DNA of 64,000 nt. Origin: an uncultured Chloroflexia bacterium. GTDB lineage: Bacteria; Chloroflexota; Limnocylindria; Limnocylindrales; CSP1-4. The notes beneath the pieces were generated by a model. That model saw nothing but the letters and a program-made list of their open reading frames with translations. It made no database searches and was not told the origin of the DNA. Location of the stretch: positions 96,001-160,000 of the forward strand of contig CAVQJC010000011.1 of NCBI GenBank assembly GCA_963712745.1, in the 5' to 3' direction. A program made the position numbers and the translations under genes. Of this stretch, positions 38,004 through 49,279 are shown piece after piece (position 1 is the stretch's first letter; each line of letters begins with the position of its first letter).

Positions 38004-38663
38004 CTAGAGCAGCTCGGCGAGCGACGACACCTGGTGGTCGGCCTCGAGAAGCGGGTGATCCGCATCGCTGGGCACGCCGATGCAGGCCAGCCCCGCCGCC
38101 TGAGCCGCTCGCACGCCGGTGGGCGAATCCTCGACCGCCACGGCCGTCGCCGGGTCGGTGCCGATGCGCTCGCAGGCAAGGCGGTAGACATCCGGCGCCG
38201 GTTTGGGTGGGACCTCGTCTCCGGTGGCGATGCCGCCGAACCAGCCGCCGAACGGCGTCTGCCGCAGGATTCGCTCGACCAGCGACCGACGCGTGTTGGA
38301 GGCCAGGGCGATGGGCACCTGGCCGCGCAGCCGGTCGATCAGTTCGGTCGAGCCGTCGGTGATTTCGACGCCGGCGTCGATGAGGTCGCCCACGATGCCG
38401 AGGTACTCATCCTGGAGGGCCGCGATGCGCTCGGCTGGCAGCCCGAATCGGCCGGCGAAGTACGTCGCCGACTGCAGGTCGGCGGCACCGAACACAGCGG
38501 CCCGGTCTGCCTGCGTGAGTTCGTGGCCGTAGCGCTCGAAGAGGATCATCTTGGCGCGGAGCCACTGCCGCTCGGTGTGCACCAGCAATCCGTCCATGTC
38601 GAAGACCACGGCCCGCCACGGGCCGGGCAGGGTGAGTGAAGGTCGGACGGTGCTGGACGACAT
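38004..38663 (-). CDS. HAD-family phosphatase (beta-PGM/CbbY-like)
   Basis: FDMDGLL, ASNT, KPAPDVY, VEDSPTGV. Confidence 0.92.
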   Translation of the reverse strand: MSSSTVRPSLTLPGPWRAVVFDMDGLLVHTERQWLRAKMILFERYGHELTQADRAAVFGAADLQSATYFAGRFGLPAERIAALQDEYLGIVGDLIDAGVEITDGSTELIDRLRGQVPIALASNTRRSLVERILRQTPFGGWFGGIATGDEVPPKPAPDVYRLACERIGTDPATAVAVEDSPTGVRAAQAAGLACIGVPSDADHPLLEADHQVSSLAELL

Positions 38664-38733
38664 GGCTCTCCGGTGCGCGGGTGTGCCCACATCGTATCCG
38701 CAAGCGCTGGACTCACATCCCCGCGGTGTCGTT

Positions 38734-38829
38734 CGAGCGTCCCGCGGGCCAGCGCCAAGCGCCCCGCCGGCCAGCGCCGAGCGTCCCGCGGGGCCAGCGC
38801 CGAGCGCCCGCCGGCCAGCGCCAAGCGCC
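38734..38829 (+). repeat. Intergenic about 22-bp tandem repeat x4.4
   Basis: C(G/A)AGCG(T/C)CCCGC(G/C)GGCCAGCGC units. Confidence 0.8.
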
Positions 38830-38892
38830 TCGGCACCGTCCGTCGCATCGCTCACGGCCAGTCTGGCCCCACGAACACTAGACTTGAGAAGA

Positions 38893-40305
38893 ATGGAAGA
38901 ACGACTCGCACAGGAGCCGGTCAGCGACGCCACCCTGGTCTGGGACGGCGAGCCCATGCGTGGGGCCCCCTCGCCTGAGCTCGCCGACGAACCGGAGGCC
39001 ATCGACGAGCGCTACGATCCCGGCCGCGTCACGATGCAATTCCGCGAGGGCAACCAGGCCTTCGTGGCCATGCCCTGGAACCAGCCGCTGGACCGCTGGT
39101 CCGGCCCCGAGCTCGAGTTCGTGGACCTGCCGGTCGGCGCCAGCCGCCACACGGTCCGCTTCACCGTCGTGGACGGCAGCATCGTCGCGCTCAAGGAGCT
39201 GCCGCTCGACGTGGGCCAGCGCGAGTACGACATCCTGCGTCAGCTCGAGACGCGCGGGGCCCCGTCCGTCAGGGCCTGCGGCCTGGTCACACGAACCGGC
39301 GACGACAGCGCCGTCGTCCTCACCCGCTACCTGGCGCGATCGTTCCAGTTCCGACGCCTGTTCATGCGCTTGCCGGAGGACGAGAAGCGCTACCGTGACC
39401 AGCTGCTCGATGCCATGACCGGTCTGCTTGTGGAGCTCCACCGCCTGGGCCTGTTCTGGGGCGACTGCTCGCTGGCCAACACGCTGCTCATGCGCGACGG
39501 GCAGCGTCTGCAGGCGTATCTCGTGGACGCCGAGACGAGCGAGCTGCACGGGAGGCTCTCGGACGGACAGCGCGAGGCCGACCTCGAGATCGCCGTCGAG
39601 AACGTGGCCGGGGACCTCGCCGACATGGCCGTCCTGCGTGGCAAGATGATGGAGGAGATCGACGACGATTTCGAGGCTGCACTCAGCCTGCGCGATCGCT
39701 ACGACGGGCTGTGGGACGTCCTCCACCAGGACGTGACCATCCATCCCGACAAGCGCTACCGCGTGGACAAGCGACTGCAGAAGCTCCATGAGCTCGGCTA
39801 CGTCGTGGATGAGGTCATCCTCGAGCCCGGCGAGGACGGCACCGGCGACCTGCGCCTGCGCGTGGCCGTGGCCGGGCGCGACTATCACTCGCGCCGTCTC
39901 CGTCAGCTGACCGGGATCGAGGCCGGGGAGGGTCAGTCCGCCCTCCTGCTCAACGACCTCACCGCCTGGGCGGGCATGGGCTGGGCCGGCGACTGGGAGA
40001 CGAAGGAGGGCCAGAGCGGTCGCACGCTGACGCGTTCCGATGGCGCGCGCTGGATGCTCGAGATCTTCGAACCGGTGGTCGGGCAGCTGGTGGAGGTGGT
40101 GGGCGAGGACGTCGATCCGGTGCAGGCCTACTGCGACCTGCTTGAAGTGCGCTGGCTGCTGTCCGAGCGTGCTGGACATGACGTCGGTAACGAGCTGGCC
40201 ATCCGCACCATGGCGCAGGCCGAGACGCCGGCCGGCTCCGCCGCGCAGATGGCCGGCGTGGAAACCCCTTCGGAGCCACGTCGGCTAGGCTGGCAGCGAC
40301 CATGA
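38893..40305 (+). CDS. DUF4032-domain, Kdo/WaaP-like kinase-fold protein
   Basis: GASRHTVRF, ALKEL, FWGDCSLANTL, YLVDAET, EVRWLLSERAGHDVG. Confidence 0.85.
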   Translation: MEERLAQEPVSDATLVWDGEPMRGAPSPELADEPEAIDERYDPGRVTMQFREGNQAFVAMPWNQPLDRWSGPELEFVDLPVGASRHTVRFTVVDGSIVALKELPLDVGQREYDILRQLETRGAPSVRACGLVTRTGDDSAVVLTRYLARSFQFRRLFMRLPEDEKRYRDQLLDAMTGLLVELHRLGLFWGDCSLANTLLMRDGQRLQAYLVDAETSELHGRLSDGQREADLEIAVENVAGDLADMAVLRGKMMEEIDDDFEAALSLRDRYDGLWDVLHQDVTIHPDKRYRVDKRLQKLHELGYVVDEVILEPGEDGTGDLRLRVAVAGRDYHSRRLRQLTGIEAGEGQSALLLNDLTAWAGMGWAGDWETKEGQSGRTLTRSDGARWMLEIFEPVVGQLVEVVGEDVDPVQAYCDLLEVRWLLSERAGHDVGNELAIRTMAQAETPAGSAAQMAGVETPSEPRRLGWQRP

Positions 40306-41198
40306 AGAAGCGACGACCACCGACCTGGAAGCGCGCCATCGTCAAGGGCGTGCGCATGACACCCCTGGGCAGGTCTGACCGACCGGCCGCGGGCACTGTG
40401 CGCTCGCGCTACGACGAGCTTCAGCCGCCGCCCGAGGCCCCGCCCGACTGGCAGACCGGACCGCCGGACTTCGTCATCATCGGCGCCCAGAAATCGGGCA
40501 CGACCTGGTGGCAGGGCCTGATGGAGGGCCATCTCGAGATCCATCGGCCGCACCGCCAGCGCCGCGAGCTCCACTTCTTCGACCACTTCTGGGACCGTTG
40601 GCCCACGCCCGGGCAGTTCGAGCGCTACGAGCAGTACTTCCCGCGGCCCGACGGAAGCCTCATCGGCGAGAAGACGCCCGGCTACCTGTACCAGCCGTGG
40701 GTCCCGCCCATGCTCAAGGTGGTGGCGCCGGAGGCCAAGCTCATCGTGCTCATGCGCGACCCGGTCGAGCGCTACGTCAGCAATCTCGGCCTGCTGGCGA
40801 GGGCCGGCGCTCTGAAGGGCGAGGTCGGAGCCAACGACCTGGGCACGCGCGAGCATCGCGTCGTCGAGGCCATGGAGCGCAGCCGCTACGCCACGCAGCT
40901 GTCCTGGTGGCTCGAGCACTTCCCGCGCGACCAGTTCCTCTTGCTGCAGTACGAGCTGTGCGTGGCCGATACGCAGACGCAGCTCGACCGCAGCTACGCC
41001 TTCCTTGGCCTGCGCAACCAGAACGCGTCGGTGCAGGAGATCCGCAAGGCGCGCAAGAAGTCGAAGGAGCACGTCACGCTGTCGGCCGAGTCTCGCGCCT
41101 GGCTGGCCGGGTACTACGCCGAGGACGTACGACGGCTGCGCGAGATCATGCCCGACCTCGACCTCTCGCTGTGGAGGAGCCTCCCGCAGGACCGCTAG
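40302..41198 (+). CDS. PAPS-dependent sulfotransferase
   Basis: PDFVIIGAQKSGTT (5'-PSB), ELHFFD, GEKTPGY, LMRDPVERY.S (3'-PB). Confidence 0.9.
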   Translation: MKKRRPPTWKRAIVKGVRMTPLGRSDRPAAGTVRSRYDELQPPPEAPPDWQTGPPDFVIIGAQKSGTTWWQGLMEGHLEIHRPHRQRRELHFFDHFWDRWPTPGQFERYEQYFPRPDGSLIGEKTPGYLYQPWVPPMLKVVAPEAKLIVLMRDPVERYVSNLGLLARAGALKGEVGANDLGTREHRVVEAMERSRYATQLSWWLEHFPRDQFLLLQYELCVADTQTQLDRSYAFLGLRNQNASVQEIRKARKKSKEHVTLSAESRAWLAGYYAEDVRRLREIMPDLDLSLWRSLPQDR

Positions 41199-41235
41199 CC
41201 GGCGCGCGTCCCGCGCCAGTTGCACCGGCCTGGCT

Positions 41236-41260
41236 GATATACGATACTAGACAGGTATAC
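41236..41260 (+). promoter_or_regulatory. AT-rich promoter with putative GntR/HutC box (ACTAGACAGG)
   Basis: GATATACGATACTAGACAGGTATAC at the head of the sugar operon; ACTAGACAGG recurs at 63438. Confidence 0.55.
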
Positions 41261-41334
41261 ACGCATGTCCGCAGCTCGCCGGTCTGGCGGGCCCATTTCC
41301 CGGGTCAAGGCGAGGGCCGAGTGCTGGAGGGGTG

Positions 41335-42349
41335 ATGGCACAGGAAACCGCTGGGGGCCAGACAGCAGCGTCCAAACCCGGCTGGCTGAGCCGGCGTGAC
41401 CGGCAGCAAGGAGCTGGGCATCCTGCTCGTGCTGATCGGGATGGTCGCGTTCATCAGCGTCTTCAACCCCAGCTTCCTCTCGGTCAATTCCCTCTCCAAC
41501 GCCGCTCAGCGGGCCGCCTGGTACGGGATCATGGCCCTGGGCATCGTGTTCCTGCTCTCGATGGGCGAGATCGACCTGTCCATCGGCGCGCTGTACGCCG
41601 TGTGCATCAACGCGGCCGCCATCATGATGTCCGAGTGGGGCTGGGATCCCTGGCTCGGCGCCCTCGCGGGAGTCACCCTCGGGGTCCTGCTCGGAGCCTT
41701 CAATGGCGTCCTGGCGAACCTCTTTGGTCTGCCCGCCATCATCATCACGCTGGGCACCCTATCGCTCTATCGAGGCCTGGCGCTCATCGTTTCGGGCGGC
41801 CGATTCGTGTATGGCATCCCGCGAGAGCATGCCTTCTTCCAGATCTTCGGCTCCGAGCCCTTGGGCGTCCCCATGGTCATCTGGGTGTTCGCGCTCCTGA
41901 CCGTCATCCTCAGCGTGGTCTACCGGTCGACCCGCTATGGCTACGTGGTACGAGCCATCGGGTCGAACTCGCGCGCAGCCCGGCTCAGTGGTATCCCTAT
42001 CCCGCGGATGCGGCTGATCACGTTGATGCTCATGGGTGGCCTATGCGGCATCTCGGCCATGCTCACGCTCGCCTTCTTCTCCACCGCGGACCCCAACCTC
42101 GGCCAGGGCTACGAGCTCATGGCCATCGCCGCGGCCATCATCGGCGGTACCGCGCTCTCGGGAGGGCGCGGTACGGTCGTCGGCGCCGCGATCGGCGCGG
42201 TGGTCATCGCGGTCATCGGCAGTGGCATCACGCGCTTCGGCATCTCAGCCAACTACAGCACCTTCGTGACCGGCGCGATGATCCTGCTGGCGGTCGGGGT
42301 GGATGCCCTCATCCGCCGCCGCCAGGCTCGACGGAGAACCCTCACATGA
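41335..42349 (+). CDS. Sugar ABC permease (RbsC type); +1 frameshift near 41395
   Basis: GEIDLSIG, IITLG, GYELMAIAAAIIGGTALSGGRG. Confidence 0.9.
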
Positions 42350-42470
42350 CGACTTCTCGCGTGTGCCTCACTGGCTCAGGCGACTCGGGAAGGAGGTGGC
42401 TGAGACACCAGACCCGACTGATGCACTGATCCAAGGCAGTGATTCCACGCAGGATCAAGGAGGAGTCTTG

Positions 42471-43547
42471 ATGAAGAAGAGAGGCCTACTCGCGCTGGCG
42501 CTGACCGGCGCCATGCTGGTGCCGGTATCGGTGACAGCGCAGGACGAAGCTGGGACTGGGGTCGATTGCTCCGGCCTCAAGGCCGGCGCAATCGTCCACT
42601 TCATGGGCCCGTACACACAGCAGTTGCTCGATGGCGCGAAGGCTGCCGCCGACGAGTGCGGTGCTGAGATCACCACCGCCGGGCCGCCCGCCTTCGACAG
42701 CCAGCAGCAGGTCACGCTGTTCCAGGACATCGTCTCGGCCGGCGCTGACGCCACCGTCATCGTGGCCTACCCGGCCGAATTCTGGATCCGGCCCATCGAT
42801 GACGCCGTCGCTGACGGTGTGGTCGTGAGCACGTTCGACGTCGAGTCCCCGGCGTCGCTGCAGTCCTTGCATACCGCGCCCAAGCAGAAGGATCAGGGCC
42901 GGGCCATGGCCGATGCCCTCGCGGACGCACTCGGTGAAGACGCCGAAGGCACCGTCTACGTCGGCATCTGCCTGCCAGGCCTGGAGCTCATCGAAGCTCG
43001 CATCGTGGGCTTCCGCGAGCGCATGGCCGAGCGGGTGCCCGGCGTGGAGATGCCGCCGAACTTCGATGTCGCCTTTGACCAGACCGAGAACTACGCTCGC
43101 TGGAACGACGTCATCGACCAGAATCCCGGTGGCCTCGCCTACGTGGGCTACTGCGAGAACGACCTGCCCAGTCTTGTCCGCATCAAGGAAGCCGACCCCG
43201 AGGCCGACTACCTGATCGCTTCCATCGGCCTCAACCCCGATGGTCTGCAGGGCATCGCCGACGGCACCGCCCTGGCGGCCATCGGCCAGAAGCCGTTCAT
43301 GCAGGGCTACGTGGCCATGCGTGCAATGCTCGAGAACCTGGCCAACGGCACCGACACCCCGCGCGGTTGGATCGACGTCCAGCCCGAGGTCGTGACTGCC
43401 GACAACGTCGAGGCTGTCAAGGCTCGCGAGGAATCGCTGGCCAATGGCACTGCTGAGACGCAGGCCTACTATCAGCCCGAGATCGACGCGCTGTTCGCGG
43501 ACATCAACAGCACCGTGCAGTCGTTCGCCGACTTGCTCGGCGACTGA
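42471..43547 (+). CDS. Sugar ABC substrate-binding protein (RbsB-like)
   Basis: AGGAGG RBS, signal peptide, GAKAAADE.G, IGQKPFMQGY. Confidence 0.88.
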   Translation: MKKRGLLALALTGAMLVPVSVTAQDEAGTGVDCSGLKAGAIVHFMGPYTQQLLDGAKAAADECGAEITTAGPPAFDSQQQVTLFQDIVSAGADATVIVAYPAEFWIRPIDDAVADGVVVSTFDVESPASLQSLHTAPKQKDQGRAMADALADALGEDAEGTVYVGICLPGLELIEARIVGFRERMAERVPGVEMPPNFDVAFDQTENYARWNDVIDQNPGGLAYVGYCENDLPSLVRIKEADPEADYLIASIGLNPDGLQGIADGTALAAIGQKPFMQGYVAMRAMLENLANGTDTPRGWIDVQPEVVTADNVEAVKAREESLANGTAETQAYYQPEIDALFADINSTVQSFADLLGD

Positions 43548-43550
43548 CCC

Positions 43551-45141
43551 ATGACTATCACCACCGAGGCGAAGGTCGAGCAAGGGGAGGCCGTCTGCGC
43601 CCTCTCTGGCGTCGAGAAGCGCTTCGGTGGTGTCGTTGCCCTGGCTGGGGTAGACCTTGAGGTCCACCCCGGCCTGGTGCATGCCATCGTCGGCGAGAAC
43701 GGCGCGGGCAAGTCCACGCTGATGAAGATCATCGCCGGCGCCGAGACGCCTGACTCCGGGACGGTCTCGATGGGCGGCAGGGACGTGCACTTCAGCAGCG
43801 TCAAGGAAGCCAATGACCACGGGGTCGCCATCGTCTTCCAGGAGCTCAGTCTCTATCCTGAGCTCGACGTCCTGGCCAACCTGTTCATGCAGCGCGAAGT
43901 CACGCGCATGGGGCTGGTGCAACGCTCCGAGATGCGCGCGCAAGCCCAGCCGGTGCTGGCTGAGCTGGGACTTGACGTCGACCTGGATGAACCGGCTGGT
44001 CAGCTCGCCCTGAGCGAGCAGCAGCTGGTCGAGATCGCCAAGGCCCTGCTCGCCGACGCCAGTGTCCTCATCCTCGATGAGCCGAACTCGGCCCTCAATG
44101 CCGCTGAGACCGAGCGCCTCTTCGAGATCGTGCGCGGGTTGCGCGCGAGAGGCGTGGCGGTCCTGTTCATCTCCCACCGACTGGAGGAGGTCTTCGAGAT
44201 CGCCGACCTGGTGACCGTCATGCGCAACGGCCAGGTGGTGACGACGATGCCCTTGGCCGACGCCACCATCCCGCAGGTGATCTCGCTGATGATCGGCCGC
44301 CAGTACGCTGAGGTGGAGGCGTCCCGGAGCTACGCCGATCACGATGCTCCGGCTCTGCGCCTGCAGGGCGTCAGCGTCCCCGGCCAGGTGGAGGACGTCA
44401 GCCTCCAGGTCGCCCCCGGCGAGGTCGTCGGACTCGCCGGGCTCGAGGGCTCGGGCGTCTCGGCGGTGCTGGAGGCCATCTTCGGCATGCAGCGCCCGCG
44501 AGCCGGGACGATCACCCTGCCTGACGGCCATCCCGCACCGCACACGCATCCGCGAAAGCGTCCGCGCCGGCATCGCCATGGTGCCGGCAGACCGCCGCAA
44601 CGACGGACTCATGCTCAGCGCGGACATCCTCACCAACGTGGCGCAGGTCACCGCCGGAGCGCTCGGTCGGTTCGGCTTCTTCTTGCGCCAGAAACGGATC
44701 GAGGACCGCGCCAATGCCCGCGTGGCCGACCTCAACATCGTCACCGGGTCCGTGCGCTCACCGGTCAACGAGCTCTCCGGCGGCAACCAGCAGAAGGTCG
44801 TCATCGCCAAGTGGCTCGAAGCTGACCCTCGAGTGGTGCTGCTCAACGACCCCACCCGCGGTGTCGATGTGGGCGCCAAGGAGGAGATCTACGAGATCGT
44901 CCGAGGCCTCGCCGCCGAGGGGCGCATCGTGCTCTTCGTCTCGACGGAGCTGCCCGAGTACGTCCATCTCTGCGACCGAGTGCTCATCTTCTACCGCGGC
45001 CGCGTCTGCGGGGAGCTGCCCCGAGGTCGGATCACCACCCACGCACTGCTGGAGTCCATCAATACCGGCGTGGTAGACACCATCGCCGGCGACGTCAATT
45101 CCGGGCAGGGTCGCCAGAGCACCACCGAGGAGGAAGGATGA
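43551..45141 (+). CDS. Sugar ABC ATP-binding protein (RbsA type); +1 frameshift near 44545
   Basis: GENGAGKST, ILDEPN, then LSGGNQQKV and NDPTRGVDVGAK in the second frame. Confidence 0.9.
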
Positions 45142-46237
45142 ACACCGTCGATCAGCCGCCAGGGACGACATGGTTCGAGCCCACCGAGCGCGTAACGCTT
45201 GGTCGGACCAACGTGGACGTGCCGCAGCTGGGCATCGGCACCAACCCGCTGGGTGGCCTGCACTCGGAGATCCTCACGCCGTGGCACGGTCTACCGTCGA
45301 GACGGCCTGGCGCAGTGGTGTCCGCTACTACGACGTCGCGCCGGTCTACGGCTACGGCTATGCGGAGCGCGTCGTTGGCGAGGTTCTGCGCGAGCTGCCC
45401 AGGGACGAGTACCTGCTCACGACCAAGGTGGGCCGCCTGCTGCTGACCGATGGGCCGGCCGACCACGAGGACACCATGGTCCTGTGGGAAGGCGTCCAGC
45501 TCTACAAGGGCACCGACGCCGTCAAGCCCTACTTCGACTTCAGCTACGACGGCGTGCTGCGCTCGCTCGAGGCCAGCCGTGAGCGCATCGGCATCGACCG
45601 CTTCGACGCCCTGCACATCCATGACCCCGACTGGTTCCCCGACGAGGCGCTCGATGGTGCCTACAAGGCCCTCAGTGAGCTCAAGGCTGCGGGTGAGATC
45701 GGCGCCATCGGCGTCGGCGTCAACCAGTGGGAGATCCTCGTCGATTACGCCCGGCGAGCGGATTTCGACGCCTTCCTGCTGGCCGGTCGATATACCCTGC
45801 TCGACCAGAGCGCCTTGCCGGAGTTATTGCCCTTGTGCGAGGAGCGCGGTATCTCGATCATCGCCGGCGGGGTCTACAACAGCGGCATCCTCTCGCATCC
45901 CGATCCGGGCACCATCAGCGGCGTCAGCAGCGGTGCCGATGCCATCGAGACCTGGAAGGACAACGTGACCTACAACTACGTGCCTGCCGGGCCCGAGATC
46001 ATCGCCCGTGCCGCCGCCCTCAAGGCCGTCTGCGATCGGCACGGCGTGCCCTTGATGGCAGCGGCCATCCAGTTCCCCATGCATCATCCCGCGGTCGCGA
46101 CCGTGCTCACCGGGCCGCGCGCCCCGGAGCACGTCGTCGTCAACAACGAGATGCTGCGCTTCCCCATCCCGGATCAGCTCTGGACGGAGCTGAAGGCGGA
46201 GGGACTGCTACCGGCGGAAGCGCCGACGCCAGGCTGA
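45138..46237 (+). CDS. Aldo/keto reductase (aldose 1-dehydrogenase-like); -1 frameshift near 45272
   Basis: LGIGT.PLGG, YYDVAPVYG, TKVGR, FDFSYDG, IHDPD, LLAGRYTLLDQ. Confidence 0.88.
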
Positions 46238-46249
46238 GGAGGAGTCGTC

Positions 46250-47153
46250 ATGATCTTCGTGAAGGGGCTCGGAGCGCCCGAGACACCACGGCTGCTGCCG
46301 ACCGACAAGAGTTGGCTGTGCGTGGAGATGGCACCCCCGCGCAACGGCGTTACGCACATCAGCCGGGACGGATCCGTGGTCGAACAGGTGGCCCCGGTGC
46401 CCTGCCCCAATGGGCTCGTGCCAGACCGCGACGGCGTCATCTGGGTGGCCAACACCGTGGATGATCCCTCTCTGATGCGCGTGACCCTCGACGGCGACGT
46501 CGACGTCGATCATGGACGCGGTCGAAGGCAAGCCCATGCTGCTGCCCAACGACTTCGCCTTCGGCCCCGATGGTCGGCTCTACATGACCGACTCGGGCAT
46601 GGCCATGGCCGACTGGGTGGTGGACGGCGCAGTCCGCCCCGACTTCGAGACCGCCACCTACGACGGGCGGGTCTACCAGTTCGACCTGGCCTCTGGCACG
46701 GCGCGCATCATCGACGACGGCATCCGCTTCACCAACGGCATCGCCTTCGGGCCCGATGGGGACCTCTATGTCACCGAGATGATCAGTGGGGACATCCTGC
46801 GCTATCGCTTCTCGGAGGCCGGACCCACGGGGCGACGGGAGTTGTACTCGAACGTCATGAATCCCGAGTGGCCAGGTGGTTTCCGCGGCCCGGACGGCAT
46901 GAACTTCGGAGCTGACGGTCGGCTCTACTGCAGCGTCTACGGCGAGGGCAACATCGCCATCATCGGCACTGACGGGATGGTCGAGCGGCGGATCGCCACC
47001 GAAGGCAGGAACCCGGCCAACGTGGCCTGGGGTCCCGACGGGGATCATCACATCTACGTCACCGAGCACGAACTCGGACAGATCGAGATGTTCGAGACCG
47101 ATACCACGGCACTGCCGCTCTATTACGGCGGTCCTGAGCCGGTCGCGCTGTAG
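46250..47153 (+). CDS. SMP-30/gluconolactonase family protein; +1 frameshift near 46508
   Basis: PE, PNGL, PNDFAFGPDGRLYMTD, FTNGIAF, GPDGM. Confidence 0.88.
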
Positions 47154-47161
47154 GCACGGCT

Positions 47162-48172
47162 ATGCGCATCCACCTGACGTACGGAACGCAGCAGCGGTTT
47201 CGCTACCGAACCTACGACATCAATGTCCACGGGCGCATCGCTGGAGCGGAGTATCCCATCGCGGAATCCACCTGGTCCCTCAACGGCGGGCCGGCGGTCG
47301 AATTCTACGTAGAGGCGGTGCCTGATCCCGGCATCGACTGGACCTTCGAGTACAAGGAGTCGCCGGCGGTGAACCGGCTCAAGGACCTGGGTGACTTCAA
47401 CGTCGAGGTGCCCGTGGCCTCACCCGAGCTGCGTGCCGGTGACAACGAGATGCTCATCCGCGTGGTCGATGGGACCGGTGCCAAAGAGGCCGTGCGCATC
47501 GCGTTCAGCTGGGATCCATCGCCGCTGCCTGCCGAGCTGGACCTGCGTGACCTCACGGGCTACAGCCATATCCAGGAGGTCGGCCAGGCGGTCGACGGAG
47601 CATTCGACCTGGACCGAGACCAGAACCTCATCCGCTCACGCGGCCCGGTCTACGTCGACGCCCTGCTGGTGCTGGGCTCACCACACGGCAGCCAGGAAGC
47701 GAGCTACCAGGTGCGCTTCACGGACCTGACCAAGGTGAAGTGGCTGGGGCCCAGCGACTTCTTCGCCGGTCATGCGGGTCCGACTCCGCCCATCGGCATC
47801 AAGCCGGGCTGGTCGACGGCCGGGATGATGGCGCTCAATCCGCGCAACGAGGCTCGAGGATTCCTGGCCTACGGCGACCACGTCGGCACCGACCAGGAGT
47901 GGGTAGTCCAGACTGCGCCCCCCAAGCGCTTCATCGTGCAGCCTCGTGTGGACTATCGCGTCCGCCACCAGGTGGAGTTCCGTGATGGCGTCGACCACGA
48001 CCGCTTCAAGATCTGGCCGGTAGGGGAGGGCGAACCGGAGGAATGGCTCATAGACGAGGACGACAGCAGCGTGCCCGCCGGCTACCCCAAGTACACCGAG
48101 TGCTCGTTCAGCCTGTTCCAACACTCGGGTTTCCCCATCGAGTGGTCGGACATCCTGGTCCGGCCGCTCTGA
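47162..48172 (+). CDS. Hypothetical beta-rich cytoplasmic protein
   Basis: 336-aa ORF with host-like codon usage inside the operon; no recognised motif. Confidence 0.7.
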   Translation: MRIHLTYGTQQRFRYRTYDINVHGRIAGAEYPIAESTWSLNGGPAVEFYVEAVPDPGIDWTFEYKESPAVNRLKDLGDFNVEVPVASPELRAGDNEMLIRVVDGTGAKEAVRIAFSWDPSPLPAELDLRDLTGYSHIQEVGQAVDGAFDLDRDQNLIRSRGPVYVDALLVLGSPHGSQEASYQVRFTDLTKVKWLGPSDFFAGHAGPTPPIGIKPGWSTAGMMALNPRNEARGFLAYGDHVGTDQEWVVQTAPPKRFIVQPRVDYRVRHQVEFRDGVDHDRFKIWPVGEGEPEEWLIDEDDSSVPAGYPKYTECSFSLFQHSGFPIEWSDILVRPL

Positions 48173-48254
48173 CCGACGATCGACCCGACCGTGCTGTCGG
48201 TCAGTCGGCCTCGGCCAGCAGTGCCTGCATCGAGGTGACCATGGCGCTGAGGAG

Positions 48255-48320
48255 TACCCTCGGGCAGGCAACATCAACGGTCAGGCGCTCAACATCGACG
48301 GCGGCCTTGTCAACTGCCGA
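48255..48320 (+). pseudogene. C-terminal remnant of an SDR gene
   Basis: Frame reads AGNINGQALNIDGGLVN, the typical SDR C-terminal motif, with no upstream body. Confidence 0.55.
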
Positions 48321-48367
48321 GGCCCTCACGGAGGTTCGGTAGCGGTGATTCGCGGGGCGCGCGACTG

Positions 48368-49279
48368 ATGCATGGGCCCTACCTCGATCAGGCGGAGCGC
48401 GCACGTCTCGACGACACGGCGTACGAGATCCGTCGGCTCATCATCGAGATGGTGGCGTACGGCCAGTGGGGTCACATGGCCGGGTCGACGTCGATGGCGG
48501 AGATCCTCGCCGCGCTCTACTTCCACACTGCGCGGCTCGATCCCGAGCGGCCCGAGTGGCCCGAGCGCGACCGTATCGTCCTCTCCAAGGCCCATACGTC
48601 ACCGGCGCTGTACGCCACCCTGGCACTGCGTGGCTTCTATCCCGTCGAGACCATCTACGAGTACTGCGAACCGGACGGCATGCTGGAGGGCCACGCCGAC
48701 ATGACCCGCACACCCGGCCTTGAGAACTCTGGTGGGCTGCTCGGGCTGGGACTCTCGGTGGCCCAGGGCATGGCCTTCGGCAACCGCATCGCGGGCAGGG
48801 ATGGTAGCCGGGTGTTCTGCATCCTCGGGGACGGCGAGCTGCACGAAGGCAACATCTGGGAGGCGGCCATGTCGGCGGGCCACTACGGCTTGCGCGGGCT
48901 CATCGCCATCGTCGACTGCAACGGCATCATGTCCAAGGGGCGGCTCTCCGAATACCTCGCCATCGAGCCGGTCATCGACAAGTGGGAAGCCTTCGGCTGG
49001 CACACCATGACGGTGGACGGTCACGACATCGATGCCGTCGCTCGCTGCCTCGATGACGCCCGCGACGCCGAAGGCGACAGGCCCGTCGCCGTCATCGCCC
49101 GCACCATCAAGGGCAAGGGCCTGGCCGGCTCCGAGGACAGCATCCGCTGGCACACCCACGCCCCGGACCCCGAAACTGCCGATGATCTGCTCCGGGGCCT
49201 GGCGCGGATGTACGGACGCCCCGAGGTGGGTTACAGCCGCAAGGACCACCCCGTGAAGAAGGAGGCCTTTCGTGTCTGA
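48368..49279 (+). CDS. Split transketolase, N-terminal (ThDP-binding) subunit, copy 1
   Basis: GH..GS.S, RDRIVLSKAH, GDGELHEG, TIKGKG, WH. Confidence 0.9.
   Translation: MHGPYLDQAERARLDDTAYEIRRLIIEMVAYGQWGHMAGSTSMAEILAALYFHTARLDPERPEWPERDRIVLSKAHTSPALYATLALRGFYPVETIYEYCEPDGMLEGHADMTRTPGLENSGGLLGLGLSVAQGMAFGNRIAGRDGSRVFCILGDGELHEGNIWEAAMSAGHYGLRGLIAIVDCNGIMSKGRLSEYLAIEPVIDKWEAFGWHTMTVDGHDIDAVARCLDDARDAEGDRPVAVIARTIKGKGLAGSEDSIRWHTHAPDPETADDLLRGLARMYGRPEVGYSRKDHPVKKEAFRV

Noticed and set aside
42346-42429. 27-codon ORF (MTTSRVCL...) overlapping the permease stop
   Set aside because: Atypical codon usage and no recognisable features; probably intergenic
44520-46520. Programmed ribosomal frameshifting in the ATPase, AKR and lactonase genes
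   Set aside because: No slippery heptamers at the sites, and these families are not known for recoding; sequencing indels are more parsimonious
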